Source: a virus
Lineage: Duplodnaviria; Caudoviricetes
Virus record (IMG/VR): IMGVR_UViG_3300023435_000009
Reading direction: 5' to 3' (one strand)
DNA: 64,000 nt
Shown here: one piece after another, positions 1 to 9,777 of the stretch
Layout: each line of letters begins with the position of its first letter
Position numbering within the stretch: the first letter of the stretch is position 1
Made by a program: the position numbers and the translations under genes
Notes under the pieces: model-generated
Told to the model about the DNA's origin: nothing
Databases searched by the model: none
What the model saw: only the letters and a program-made list of their open reading frames with translations

Positions 1-6
1 GAGGGC

Positions 7-234
7 GTGACCCTGGACACTCCAAACGGTGTTTACACCGATGCCTTGGAGGGTGTAGCCGAGTTCGCTCGGGGGACAATGGAAAACTTCCATGACGGGG
101 AGTCACCTGCCGAGATCGCTCAACAGGTACGCCAGCTACGCAAAATCCTCACACCCGTTGCCTGCGACCCCCGTAGCACCATCAATCGTATTGCTTCCGT
201 TTATTTAATGATGCAGGAAGCCCACCCTCATTAG
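7..234 (+). CDS. hypothetical protein
   Basis: ORF co-oriented with downstream tdk; GTG start; no recognised motif; may be 5'-truncated by the window edge. Confidence 0.45.
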   Translation: MTLDTPNGVYTDALEGVAEFARGTMENFHDGESPAEIAQQVRQLRKILTPVACDPRSTINRIASVYLMMQEAHPH

Positions 235-271
235 CCTTTTCCGGGTAGAGTAAGAGGAACGGGAGGGGTCG

Positions 272-826
272 ATGCGATTAGGTCAGTTAGAGTTGATCTG
301 CGGCTGCATGTTTTCGGGAAAAACGGTGAAGTTGATACACCGTTTACAAAATGCACAGAACGATCAACAGCACACACTAGCAGTAAAGCCCCAAACGGAC
401 ACCCGTTCAGGGGGGCGATTAGCTTCTCATGTGCAATCCGAATTTCCTGCAACGGAGGTGGGGTGCGCTGCGGAAATCCTTAGCCTTGTTCATCGGGAAC
501 CTCACGTGGATGTTGTGGGGATAGACGAGGCTCAGTTTTTCGATTCCGACATTGTGCCCGTGTGTCAGTCCATGGTTGACCGAGGTATCCGGGTCATTGT
601 GGCAGGGTTGGATCTGGATTACCGTGGGGTGCCTTTTGGCTCGATGCCTCAACTGCTCGCCCTGGCTGACAAATTTCTCAAGCTCACTGCCATCTGCACC
701 GTGTGTGGTGGTGAGGCGACTAGATCCCAGCGTTTGACCGAGTCAACGGAACAGATAGAGTGCGGGGCTAAGGCCGAATACGCAGCCCGGTGCCACGAAC
801 ACTTCACACCCCCAAAGGAGTCCTGA
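272..826 (+). CDS. tdk: thymidine kinase
   Basis: GCMFSGKT P-loop, VGIDEAQFF Walker B, AGLDLDYRGVPF, C-terminal Zn site CTVCG...RCHEH. Confidence 0.95.
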   Translation: MRLGQLELICGCMFSGKTVKLIHRLQNAQNDQQHTLAVKPQTDTRSGGRLASHVQSEFPATEVGCAAEILSLVHREPHVDVVGIDEAQFFDSDIVPVCQSMVDRGIRVIVAGLDLDYRGVPFGSMPQLLALADKFLKLTAICTVCGGEATRSQRLTESTEQIECGAKAEYAARCHEHFTPPKES

Positions 827-2166
827 TGGATCCTGTCACTGTATTTGCTCCTCTTGGGGACGACCCCCCGAAAGCGGATCTTTACTACGGTGCTAACGTC
901 ATAGACACGCTTCGGCAATTACCCGCTGAGAGTGTCCACACCATTTGCACCAGTCCTCCTTTTTGGGGTCTTCGTGACTATGGAACGCCTCCTCAGGTGT
1001 GGGGCGGAGAACCCGGATGTGACCATCTGTGGAAGGACGCATCATGTGTTAAGTGTGGGGCATGGCTAGGGGAATTAGGTGCAGAGCCGACCCCTGCGCT
1101 CTATGTCATCCACATTATATTGGTGTTTCGCGAGTTACATCGGATACTCCGCAAAGACGGGACAGCGTGGCTGAATCTTGGGGACAGTTATGCGAATGAC
1201 GGGAAGTGGGGGGGATCAACAGGGGGTAAGCATGCCTCAGGGCTTCATGGAAAGAGTGGGATTGGTAGGGGCAAAACAACCTCTGGTTTAAAGCCTAAGG
1301 ATCTGGTTGGCACTCCCTGGAGGGTGGCCTTTGCACTTCAAGCGGATGGGTGGTGGTTACGTCAGGATATCATTTTTTGTAAACCTAACCCCATGCCAGA
1401 ACCCGTGCGGGATCGCTGCACCCGACAACATGAATACATTTTCATGTTGTCGAAATCGAAACGGTATTTCTACGACAATGAGGCACTTCGAGAGCCTGCG
1501 GTAATGAAACCATTAAGGAGACCTGTTGGGCGTCCTAAAGATGTTATTTCTCGTCAGGGACAGTTGCGTCAAGCTTGGTCAACGGTATCTCGTGAGGTAA
1601 GTGCTCAGGATACCCCTGATGGGAAACGAAATAGGCGTTCTGTTTGGACAATCAGTACACAGCCTTATAGAGGTGCTCATTTCGCCGTATGGCCGGAAGC
1701 CCTGGTTGAACCTATGATCAAAGCGGGAACGAGCGAAAAGGGTTGCTGTCCGGCCTGTGGGGCACAGTGGGAACGGGTGATAGAAAAGGAAGGGGGGCGT
1801 GACTGGCGCAAGGACAAAATGATCCCCAAGGGTATACCCGGAGAACTTGCTGGGGAGGGTAGTTACAAAAGAGGACAATCGTCGTCACCCCTAACGGACA
1901 CAATCCAAAAACGAACTGTTGGATGGCAGGCTTCCTGTGCCTGTGCCCTTGAAAAACCTATCCCTTGTACTGTACTTGATCCTTTTTCGGGTTCGGCAAC
2001 CACGGGAGTCGTAACAATGCGTTTCGGCAGGGACTACATAGGGATTGATCTTCAAGAAGATTATCTGGATCTCGCCCTGACCCGTTTAGGGGGTGCGCCC
2101 TCCTCCTCACAGAAGAGTACTGAAACTGATGAGAGCAACCTCATCCTAGACCTGTTCGGGGAGTAA
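826..2166 (+). CDS. DNA methyltransferase, N4-cytosine/N6-adenine (beta class) with Cys-rich inserts
   Basis: TSPPFWGLRDY catalytic motif near the N-terminus, DPFSGSATTG SAM motif near the C-terminus; ATG at 826 overlaps the tdk stop. Confidence 0.9.
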   Translation: MDPVTVFAPLGDDPPKADLYYGANVIDTLRQLPAESVHTICTSPPFWGLRDYGTPPQVWGGEPGCDHLWKDASCVKCGAWLGELGAEPTPALYVIHIILVFRELHRILRKDGTAWLNLGDSYANDGKWGGSTGGKHASGLHGKSGIGRGKTTSGLKPKDLVGTPWRVAFALQADGWWLRQDIIFCKPNPMPEPVRDRCTRQHEYIFMLSKSKRYFYDNEALREPAVMKPLRRPVGRPKDVISRQGQLRQAWSTVSREVSAQDTPDGKRNRRSVWTISTQPYRGAHFAVWPEALVEPMIKAGTSEKGCCPACGAQWERVIEKEGGRDWRKDKMIPKGIPGELAGEGSYKRGQSSSPLTDTIQKRTVGWQASCACALEKPIPCTVLDPFSGSATTGVVTMRFGRDYIGIDLQEDYLDLALTRLGGAPSSSQKSTETDESNLILDLFGE

Positions 2167-2180
2167 GCCCGAACCCCTAA

Positions 2181-2208
2181 GAGATCATCTTCCGGCCCCT
2201 TGGAGTAG
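2181..2208 (+). promoter_or_regulatory. conserved bipartite motif (putative phage promoter)
   Basis: GAGATCATCT-N12-GAGTAG, followed by GGAGG and ATG 2229. Confidence 0.75.
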
Positions 2209-2228
2209 TTAAGGGTACGGAGGTGCTC

Positions 2229-3569
2229 ATGAAAAAGATACTTGTCGCCGGAGGTGCCCGTTCCCTCGTGTACGGTAATCTCTCCAGGAAGCTCGAAAAG
2301 AACGACCTCACGGTCGGGTGGTACATCTCGGATTTGGATGGTGACCCTTTCAGGGGAATCCCCTCGGACTGCGATGCAGTCCTGGTCATCCGAGATATCA
2401 TCAGTCACAGCCTCTACCATGAGGTCAACAAGGCTGCGAAGGAGAAGCCCGTCCCCATTGCCGTCATCCCACGGAAGTGGAGCAAAGCCGAACCCCTCCT
2501 ACGGATGCACGGGATACTACCCCCGGCCCGACAACCGTCGAAGGGGGTGCCCAAGGGGAGGGTTACGGAGACCGCCAAGGACTACGTCCACATGGAGATG
2601 CTCGGGGGCAGGGTTCCCAAAGCAGCCGAGGTCGAAGCCGCCGTGCAAACGGCCCTGGGACCGAAGGTCACCGTCTCTGCCAAATCCGTACATGGCATCA
2701 TCTCCTGGGTGCGCCAGGGGCTGCCCGTGCAACCGGAGAAGATCGCAGAGGATCTCAAGCAGGGCCTCAAGGATGCCACCGTCATGGTGGACCTTTTCGC
2801 AGAGGACAATCCCGCTGCAGCGCTGCGGGTGCCTGACCTGATGAAGGGTGCCTCTCTCCCTACCAAGGAGATGGCTGGAGACGAGATCGATCGTCTCCGT
2901 GCCCGTTGGCTCAAGGACAAGGCATGGCGACACAAATGCCAGGGGAACTGGCTGCGACGAGTCCTGATCAAGGTACAGGCCGAGGATCTCCCCTGGCCAA
3001 ACCTCAAGCAGTTGTACGCACAATCCAGGGCGCTTTTCGGGTTGATGCTACCCCATACCCTTGCCGTGGATGTTCGGGCAGACGTGTTGGGGGAATGGGC
3101 ACGACACCTGGACGCTAATAAGGCCAGTGCCTATCTGAAGCAGCACGCTCCCGAGTTGGACCTGATCACCCTCTGCAAAACGGGTCACGTCAAGCACCTT
3201 CACATTGGCACACGATACGTGACCTCGGTGATGGCCATCACCGAGTACCTGGATGAGACCAACCCTGAGCAAGTGGAGGCTCAGGGGACGGAGGAAGCTC
3301 CCACCTCTGCCCCGGCTCCCACCCCTGCCCCCAACGATGACCTGATGACCCTGGCATCCCTGGTGGAGGAGAAGCTGGCAGGGTTGATACGCCCCTTGAT
3401 CGATGAGGTGATAGCCTTGAGGCACCGGGTCGAGGAGGTTGAGTCGGTCTCTCCCGAGGCACCTGTCACTCTGCCACCCGAGTCCCCCGTTGCCGGGGTC
3501 CTGGATTTATTCAAACATATCCACGGGTTAGAAATCCGCTTCATAACGGACCCCAAAAAGGGGGGATGA
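2229..3569 (+). CDS. hypothetical protein with N-terminal DUF2325-like domain
   Basis: KILVAGG...IPSDCDAVLVIRDIISHSLYHEVNKAAKEKPVP resembles DUF2325; C-terminal coiled coil. Confidence 0.6.
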   Translation: MKKILVAGGARSLVYGNLSRKLEKNDLTVGWYISDLDGDPFRGIPSDCDAVLVIRDIISHSLYHEVNKAAKEKPVPIAVIPRKWSKAEPLLRMHGILPPARQPSKGVPKGRVTETAKDYVHMEMLGGRVPKAAEVEAAVQTALGPKVTVSAKSVHGIISWVRQGLPVQPEKIAEDLKQGLKDATVMVDLFAEDNPAAALRVPDLMKGASLPTKEMAGDEIDRLRARWLKDKAWRHKCQGNWLRRVLIKVQAEDLPWPNLKQLYAQSRALFGLMLPHTLAVDVRADVLGEWARHLDANKASAYLKQHAPELDLITLCKTGHVKHLHIGTRYVTSVMAITEYLDETNPEQVEAQGTEEAPTSAPAPTPAPNDDLMTLASLVEEKLAGLIRPLIDEVIALRHRVEEVESVSPEAPVTLPPESPVAGVLDLFKHIHGLEIRFITDPKKGG

Positions 3570-3871
3570 TACCCCGTTACGAAGACCCAGGTGGGCACGG
3601 ACATCCCGGCTGATGCCCCTTCAGATGTTTCCGGGGATGAGCGGGAGATGATTAGGATGAGAGGGGGAAGTCCCGCCTCTGCTACGAGTTTGCCCTCACC
3701 CAGCCCCAACTTGCCCACCTCAGATGAGAACCCCGGTTGAAGTTTGACCTCTGGTGACGCAGATTTCGGTTTCTCACCCTGAAACTAGACAAGGGGGCAG
3801 AAAAGTTTTGAAAAGGCCCCAACTTATCAGACACATCCGGCGACCCCTTTAACGGGGGCTTTTGGGAGGAT

Positions 3872-4573
3872 TCAGAGAGTACGACGGTGCATGTCCAGGA
3901 ACAGATCAGGTGGGGTGAGATTCTTGATCCGGGAGGCAATACTGTCAACGGCACTCGCCCTCGATTCAGGGGTTGCCCGGTCGTCCTCCCAGGGGATCTG
4001 ATACACTGTGACGCCTTGTTGTTGGAGAACACTGATCATGTGGCTGATCTCCTGATCGAGATCCCGGAGGTACTCCAGGCTGATCCCGCTTTCACAATCC
4101 CGTCCCAGCTCAGTCCTCATCCGCTTGGCTATGCGCTCTTGGGCGACCTCTGGGGACACCAGGATGTGGAGGCACACGGTCGGGAGAAGTACTGATGCTG
4201 TCATCCCGTGGTACAGGGTCTGATAGGTTTTGAACTCCCGGTCACTCATCATCCCATTCTTGAGTTGAAGCCTGGCGAAAGCTGTGTCGCCCTGGTAACT
4301 CCGATCCAGCACGGCGTGCCCGTGGCCCTGCATGGCGTGCCACTGGGCGTGAAGGTGCATCCGGTACCTCATCGCCAACAGGTGAATTTGCATCGGGAAG
4401 GCCCAAGCCTTGGGATCCGAGTAGTAGTCCGCCAGGTAAGGATTGGCGTTGTCCTTCTCATCCGGCTCGATCAGGGTGAGGGTGCCCTCGCCCAGCGCCA
4501 CACCCAGTTCTTGAGCCAGCGTGGTTTTTCCAGCGCTGATCAGTCCTTCAACTATCACGACCTTCTTTGCCAT
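3872..4573 (-). CDS. deoxynucleoside kinase family protein
   Basis: VIVEGLISAGKTT P-loop, VLDRSYQGD motif, LEYLRDL lid-region motif. Confidence 0.9.
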   Translation of the reverse strand: MAKKVVIVEGLISAGKTTLAQELGVALGEGTLTLIEPDEKDNANPYLADYYSDPKAWAFPMQIHLLAMRYRMHLHAQWHAMQGHGHAVLDRSYQGDTAFARLQLKNGMMSDREFKTYQTLYHGMTASVLLPTVCLHILVSPEVAQERIAKRMRTELGRDCESGISLEYLRDLDQEISHMISVLQQQGVTVYQIPWEDDRATPESRASAVDSIASRIKNLTPPDLFLDMHRRTL

Positions 4574-5444
4574 TCGTATCTCCCGTGTCTATGAGGATCA
4601 TTTGGATGCTCTGGTTGAGTGTGACGTAGGGGTCGGCGTCGACCTTGAAGCCCCTGATCTCGATACAAACACGGCCTCCGAAGGCCAGGGACAAACGGGA
4701 CCGGACGGTGAGGCCCTTGGCGTACTTCCGCACCTCTGTGACCACGTCGGGCGTGGAGACTACCTTGTTCCGCATGTCCTCCGAGGAGAAGAACACGGAA
4801 CCAACGGACCCGTGCGGGTACACCACCGTCAGACCCATTTCTCGGGCAGCTCGACTGAGAAGATACCGGGCGATCCAGAGGTGGTCGGCAACCACCAGGG
4901 CGACAGGAGGCTCCGGGTCGATGTTTGTCGGCAAACTCCGGTACCCCACTTTGAAGTCCCAATGGCCGAGGATGTCATCATGTTGGGCACTGTGGATCAT
5001 GATCCCGGCGTCCACGCACATCGCCAGATGCCTTTCGGCAACGGTTTGGCAGCCCACCTTACTCTGAGGTTCCAGACAGTAGGGCTGGCAAAGGCCCCAC
5101 CAGAATCTGGAGTCCTCCGCAGCGGTGTGTTTCCTGAGGGCTGCTCGTTTGTTGTCGTCTGTTGGAACGTTCTGGGGATCCCGAACCTCACACAGGGCGA
5201 TGAAGCTGGGCTGTGGGCGTACCGGGTCCGGGAGGTAGTGGCAGACGGACAGGATGGTCTGCTCGTCTGAGGCGCTACTTGAGGTAGTCCAGGGTTCCAG
5301 GATCGGAACGTCAGCCCCTTTCCCTGAGGCGACCGGGATCGTGCGGGTTTTGACCCTGGAGGTACCTTTTTCATCTATCCAAACGTAATCGGCAACCCCG
5401 AGACGCTGGTCCTCCCTCCCGGTGATCACACGTAGTCCAGCCAT
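4548..5444 (-). CDS. glutamine synthetase type II-like protein, catalytic residues degenerate
   Basis: ADYVWID..SRVKTRT, DPVRP...LCEV, VADHLWIARYLL, DADPYVT align with the GSII fold; EQEY is replaced by CQPY. Confidence 0.75.
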   Translation of the reverse strand: MAGLRVITGREDQRLGVADYVWIDEKGTSRVKTRTIPVASGKGADVPILEPWTTSSSASDEQTILSVCHYLPDPVRPQPSFIALCEVRDPQNVPTDDNKRAALRKHTAAEDSRFWWGLCQPYCLEPQSKVGCQTVAERHLAMCVDAGIMIHSAQHDDILGHWDFKVGYRSLPTNIDPEPPVALVVADHLWIARYLLSRAAREMGLTVVYPHGSVGSVFFSSEDMRNKVVSTPDVVTEVRKYAKGLTVRSRLSLAFGGRVCIEIRGFKVDADPYVTLNQSIQMILIDTGDTNGKEGRDS

Positions 5445-5470
5445 TGCGCCTCCTGGATCATCCTACCCCG

Positions 5471-6832
5471 TACAGCTTACCTTGATAAGAAGGCTTGTGT
5501 TTTTTGTTTTTCTTTAGTAAACTGCAACCATGGGATTGAGAACTTAAGGTAGCGAAATGATTCGGTCTTCTGCTCATAGCTTGCGGTTTGCAAACCCAGG
5601 TAAGGTGAGATTGGTAGGGGAACTTATCGGAGAGTATCGCCTTTTTGTCCAACGCATTCTAAACGACATATGGGAGAATGGCTTTCCAACGTGGGACTTT
5701 TTCCCAAGCTCAAACAGACTGGATTTCAAAGGCAAGAGCCTTCTACCCACAAAGTACCTCAAGCAGTTCCCAACAGAGATATCAGCAAGGCTTCAACAAG
5801 CTGCTGGTAAACAAGCCGTTATGATGCTCAAGGCAGCCACGGAGAAACGACGGAAACAACTTTTCGTGCTGGCTAACCTTCAGCGAGAAGGTAAGAAGTA
5901 CCAGTACCTCCAGTCAAGGGTTGACCGGCAACCTCTTGTGAAACCGGACGCTTCAGGAATCAATCTGGAACTAGATTCTCGTTTTGTGGGTTTCCAAGAG
6001 ACAGACATCTTTTTGTTTGTTCAACTCTCATCCCTTGGAATCCCACACATTAGAATTCCTATCAAAAAGACCCGTTGCTCTAACAAGTGGCAGACTAGGG
6101 GACTCCTGAAAGTATGTGTTAGGATCTCTGAGGACACACTACATCTAATTTACGAAGTGCCAAACAAAAGCGCCTCAGGAAGTCAGATAGTTGGTGCAGA
6201 CCAAGGTATCACAACTGCGTTGACTCTCTCAAATGGAGAAGCAACCAAACGTTGTCCTCATGGGCATACCCTCCAAACGATCCAAGCAAAACTTGCTCGT
6301 AAGCAAAAGGGGTCGAATGGTTTTCGTCGTACCCAAGAGCATCGCAAGAACTACATCCATTGGTCCTTGAATCAACTCAACTTCAAGGACGTGAAAGAAG
6401 TTCGTTTTGAGAAAATCAAGCATCTCCGCTTATCAAAGCGGAGTTCACGCTATATGTCACATTGGCGCTATACTTTGATCAAAGACAAACTTGTTCGTCT
6501 CTCTGAGGAGGAAGGTTTCCTTTTTCGGGAGGTTGCGAACGAGTTTAGGTCTCAGAGGTGTAGCGAGTGTGGCTGGGTCCGTAAGAGTAACAGGAAAGGT
6601 AAGACGTTCAAATGTGGCAAATGTGGCTTTACCATAGATGCTGATTTGAATGCGGCTTCCAACTTGAAGCTCGATCTCTTTGAGATCCAATGGTGGGTAC
6701 GGCTAAGTCAAATAAATCGTAAAGGGTTCTTTTGGACTTCTGATGGTTTGTTTGACGAAGGGCGGGAGTCTATAGTCCCCGCCACCATAAAAGACAATGA
6801 AAGTAAGAAATTGCTACAACATTGTTGACTAT
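5471..6832 (+). mobile_element. TnpB-only IS200/IS605-superfamily element, family A copy 1
   Basis: 1362-nt segment with a close second copy at 44072-45432; shared ends TAYAGCTTACC...GTTGACTAT (exact ends uncertain by 2-3 nt). Confidence 0.85.
5557..6828 (+). CDS. tnpB: RNA-guided endonuclease TnpB
   Basis: RuvC-I GADQG, RuvC-II VRFEK, Zn ribbon CSECG..CGKCG, RuvC-III DADLNAASNL. Confidence 0.92.
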   Translation: MIRSSAHSLRFANPGKVRLVGELIGEYRLFVQRILNDIWENGFPTWDFFPSSNRLDFKGKSLLPTKYLKQFPTEISARLQQAAGKQAVMMLKAATEKRRKQLFVLANLQREGKKYQYLQSRVDRQPLVKPDASGINLELDSRFVGFQETDIFLFVQLSSLGIPHIRIPIKKTRCSNKWQTRGLLKVCVRISEDTLHLIYEVPNKSASGSQIVGADQGITTALTLSNGEATKRCPHGHTLQTIQAKLARKQKGSNGFRRTQEHRKNYIHWSLNQLNFKDVKEVRFEKIKHLRLSKRSSRYMSHWRYTLIKDKLVRLSEEEGFLFREVANEFRSQRCSECGWVRKSNRKGKTFKCGKCGFTIDADLNAASNLKLDLFEIQWWVRLSQINRKGFFWTSDGLFDEGRESIVPATIKDNESKKLLQHC

Positions 6833-6860
6833 CAGAGTAGATGGTGCAAGGGAGGTGTGA

Positions 6861-7085
6861 ATGAAACGCCCCGACATCCATTTAGATCGTGTTTACGGGA
6901 TCATCCATCAGTGGCGTGTTTGTATTGAGGCGGCGCTTCTGGGGAACACGAAACCACTTGAAGCCGAGTTGCAGGCGCTTCACGACGGGGGCATCCCTTC
7001 AGGCTGTCACGCCCTTACCGCTGCGGACAAGGGCCGTCAGTATCGGTTCCGTGAGGAGAAACCGGACTGGGTAGAGGAGAAGTAA
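6861..7085 (+). CDS. hypothetical protein
   Basis: GGAGG RBS, ATG, short ORF. Confidence 0.55.
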   Translation: MKRPDIHLDRVYGIIHQWRVCIEAALLGNTKPLEAELQALHDGGIPSGCHALTAADKGRQYRFREEKPDWVEEK

Positions 7086-7476
7086 CGTGGTTAAACTTTG
7101 GCCCCTTCCGTGGCGTTGTCCTCATTGCGGGGGCACCCACTGCGACGTACACCCGACCTCTACCGTCGCCCTCACGCTGTACGTCAACACCGGGGACATG
7201 ACGTCCACGACGAGCTATACCGCACACGGGAGCACCCTGACGTGCGGGGCAACCATCACCATCTCCAGCACGAGTAGCGGTAGCACCCATTACGAGATAG
7301 GCGACCCCGTTTCCGAGGTTGACGCACCAGCCCGTCGCAAACTCGTTTATCCTCATCCTCGGGGAAGCCCCCGCCCGACGTTGAAACCGCCGCCACGGAC
7401 CGTTCAGCGGCGTCAGAGAGGACGTTACAACGCACGTCACTGTCCGACCCGACACTTCCATCGAACCTAAATCTGT

Positions 7477-7504
7477 GGGATCATCTCCCCGACCCGCAGA
7501 GTAG
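7477..7504 (+). promoter_or_regulatory. conserved bipartite motif (putative phage promoter)
   Basis: GGGATCATCT-N12-GAGTAG upstream of ORF 7540. Confidence 0.8.
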
Positions 7505-7539
7505 GGTAAGTGAGGAGCAAATGACCCCTGGAGGAAACA

Positions 7540-7767
7540 ATGCTCATCCGAGACGCTATCTGGGCAATCAGGGAAGACCCCACCAAGTGGGTTCGCCCCG
7601 TTGAGTGGCGGGCCAAGTTTTCAGCCATCCGGTGTATCGAGGGTGGGTTGCGACGGTACAATTCTCCCGTAGGACACGAAATCTGCGCCCTCTCCGAGGT
7701 CCGCTACATTACTGGAGAGTGGGAGATCCTCACCGAAGTTCAGGTCGCTGAGATGCTGGAGCACTGA
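7540..7767 (+). CDS. hypothetical protein
   Basis: GGAGG RBS; coupled to the next gene by a TGATG overlap. Confidence 0.6.
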   Translation: MLIRDAIWAIREDPTKWVRPVEWRAKFSAIRCIEGGLRRYNSPVGHEICALSEVRYITGEWEILTEVQVAEMLEH

Positions 7768-8678
7768 TGGATAAACCAGGACTCATGGTGGCCCTAGCTA
7801 TCGGGGATGCTTACGGTGCCGGTTTTGAATTTGCCCCACCTGAGATGGTCGCCAAGACCAACACGGTGCAGGGTTATCGCCCGCACCCCAAGGGCGGGAT
7901 CAAGCCGGGACGGTACACCGACGATACTCAGTTGAGTTGCGGGGTGGCCGAGTTCATGCTCTCGGATGATCCCTGGACGACCGTGTACCTCGCTCGTCGC
8001 CTTCTCATCGCTTTCAAGCGTGACCCCCGACCGGGATACGCTTCGGGCTTCTACAACGTCCTGCTGGAGTGTCAGAATGGCACGGAGTTGGTACAAAAAC
8101 TGACCCCTCAGAGCGACAGGTCAGGAGGTGCAATGCGGGCTGGTCCTTGTGGGCTGTACCCAACCGTGTGGGAAGCGATGAATTTGGCCGTGTGGCAGGC
8201 CAGCATAACCCATGCAACGGTAGATGGAATGAATGCAGCCGCTGCCGCTGCGGCCCTGGTGTTTGCTTGCCGTGAGGGTCATGACCAGAAAGATCTCCCC
8301 CACTACCTGAACGATGTGGTGCCGGGGTACTCCTGGGCGACACCCTGGGAGGGGCCAGTCTCCAACAGGGGAATCCCGGTGCTCCGTGCGGTGGTCACGG
8401 CGCTCGCCGGTCACAAGACGATGAAGGGGATCCTCAAGGCCAGCGTCGCCTTCACCGGGGACACCGACACGGTCGCCGCCCTGGCAATGGGCGCAGCGGC
8501 GATGCACCCGGACATCCCCTGCGATCTGCCCGACGTGTTGTGGGACAAGCTGGAGAACGGTCCCTACGGGCGGGACTACCTGCGAAAGCTGGACGCACAA
8601 CTTCTCCAGTCCTTTCATGTGGTTCCACCCGTGCCCGAGGAAGACCCACCGGATGAGGAGGGTTTGTTTTATGCCTAG
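7767..8678 (+). CDS. ADP-ribosylglycohydrolase (DraG/ARH family)
   Basis: LAIGDAYG, YTDDTQL, SGGAMRAGP, GDTDTVAALA metal-binding motifs. Confidence 0.92.
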   Translation: MDKPGLMVALAIGDAYGAGFEFAPPEMVAKTNTVQGYRPHPKGGIKPGRYTDDTQLSCGVAEFMLSDDPWTTVYLARRLLIAFKRDPRPGYASGFYNVLLECQNGTELVQKLTPQSDRSGGAMRAGPCGLYPTVWEAMNLAVWQASITHATVDGMNAAAAAAALVFACREGHDQKDLPHYLNDVVPGYSWATPWEGPVSNRGIPVLRAVVTALAGHKTMKGILKASVAFTGDTDTVAALAMGAAAMHPDIPCDLPDVLWDKLENGPYGRDYLRKLDAQLLQSFHVVPPVPEEDPPDEEGLFYA

Positions 8679-8976
8679 TCCATTAGACCTTCGCCGTTTG
8701 GCTGTTCAGATCGACAACCTGATGCGAACCAGCACCCACGGGTGGCACCCCGGCGATGAGATGGAGTTCAGACGTAAACTGAGGCCCTTGGAAACCCTGA
8801 AGGAGAGCCTTCCAGAGTCCCACCGGGGTTCCCCCGAGGGGGCTAGTCTCACGATGCAGGAGTACCGGGTGGCTCTGCGAACGATCCAGGATCTAGAGGG
8901 TCTCGTTCGTGACAATGATCCTCGCAACCCGAAACGGATGATACGGGATAGGGCTCGGGGCCGATGGGTCCGGTGA
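8671..8976 (+). CDS. hypothetical protein
   Basis: ORF overlapping the ARH stop, in an operon-like arrangement. Confidence 0.55.
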   Translation: MPSPLDLRRLAVQIDNLMRTSTHGWHPGDEMEFRRKLRPLETLKESLPESHRGSPEGASLTMQEYRVALRTIQDLEGLVRDNDPRNPKRMIRDRARGRWVR

Positions 8977-9275
8977 CACCCAAAGCTCGCTACAACATCC
9001 CTGGCAGAGGGAACTTCTCCAGCTATGAGTTGGCACTGCATGAGGGGAAGCGGGGCCTCTGGGTCACAGAGGCCGGTGAACGCATTTTCTTGGATGGTGT
9101 GTTGATAGTTTCACGCTCCAGGAAAAGCTCCCACACGGGGGGTGTTCCGGCCACCTGTCCCTATTGTGGCCGCACAACCTCGACCTATCCCAATGGACGT
9201 TTTCGCCGTCATGTTGTTGAACCAGGAGTACCCTGTCCCGGTTCGGGGCGATTCCCTGCGGATCTCCCCCGTTAG
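8973..9275 (+). CDS. hypothetical protein with C-terminal Zn-ribbon-like motif
   Basis: CPYCG...H...CPGSG; GTGA overlap with the upstream stop. Confidence 0.55.
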   Translation: MTPKARYNIPGRGNFSSYELALHEGKRGLWVTEAGERIFLDGVLIVSRSRKSSHTGGVPATCPYCGRTTSTYPNGRFRRHVVEPGVPCPGSGRFPADLPR

Positions 9276-9330
9276 CCTCCCTATACAGTAGCCTTGTCGA
9301 CCAGGGGTTGCCCCAGGGTGGAGGCTCAAC

Positions 9331-9777
9331 ATGAGGAGAGGAACGGAAGAGAAGGTGCCCGGCGGACTGGCTGTCGGCAAAAAGCCCTCCGATTTCAACC
9401 CCAAGCAATTGGGGAAGGGTCGGAAGGTGGAAATGGAACACACCACCGACCCCGACCTCGCTCGTGAAATTGCAATGGATCACCTCACCGAAGACCCCGA
9501 CTATTACAAAAAGTTGGAAGTTATGGAAAGTCAGAAAAATGCAGCCCACAGAATCGCCACCCGGTATTTCCAAGAGCGCAGAGCAGCCGAGTCTGCGAAG
9601 CAAGCCTTCGCCAAACGGACTCGTGAAGTCAACACGATGTGGGCGAAGATTGAGCGCCGTATGAAGAAGAACGCCCAGGAGTTCAAAACCCAGGGAGAGA
9701 CCGACTGGGGCTACGTCGGTGACCTCGGGTATATCATCGAGCAACTGGGGCATGTGATGGAAGGGTGGGATGAGTAG
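9331..9777 (+). CDS. DUF5661-like phage protein
   Basis: GRKVEMEHTTDPDLAREIAMDHLTEDPDYYKKL, a motif typical of this phage family. Confidence 0.75.
   Translation: MRRGTEEKVPGGLAVGKKPSDFNPKQLGKGRKVEMEHTTDPDLAREIAMDHLTEDPDYYKKLEVMESQKNAAHRIATRYFQERRAAESAKQAFAKRTREVNTMWAKIERRMKKNAQEFKTQGETDWGYVGDLGYIIEQLGHVMEGWDE

Noticed and set aside
3570-3871. Unassigned 300-nt gap between convergent genes
   Set aside because: No convincing ORF, tRNA fold or repeat; only weak GC-rich stems that may be terminators
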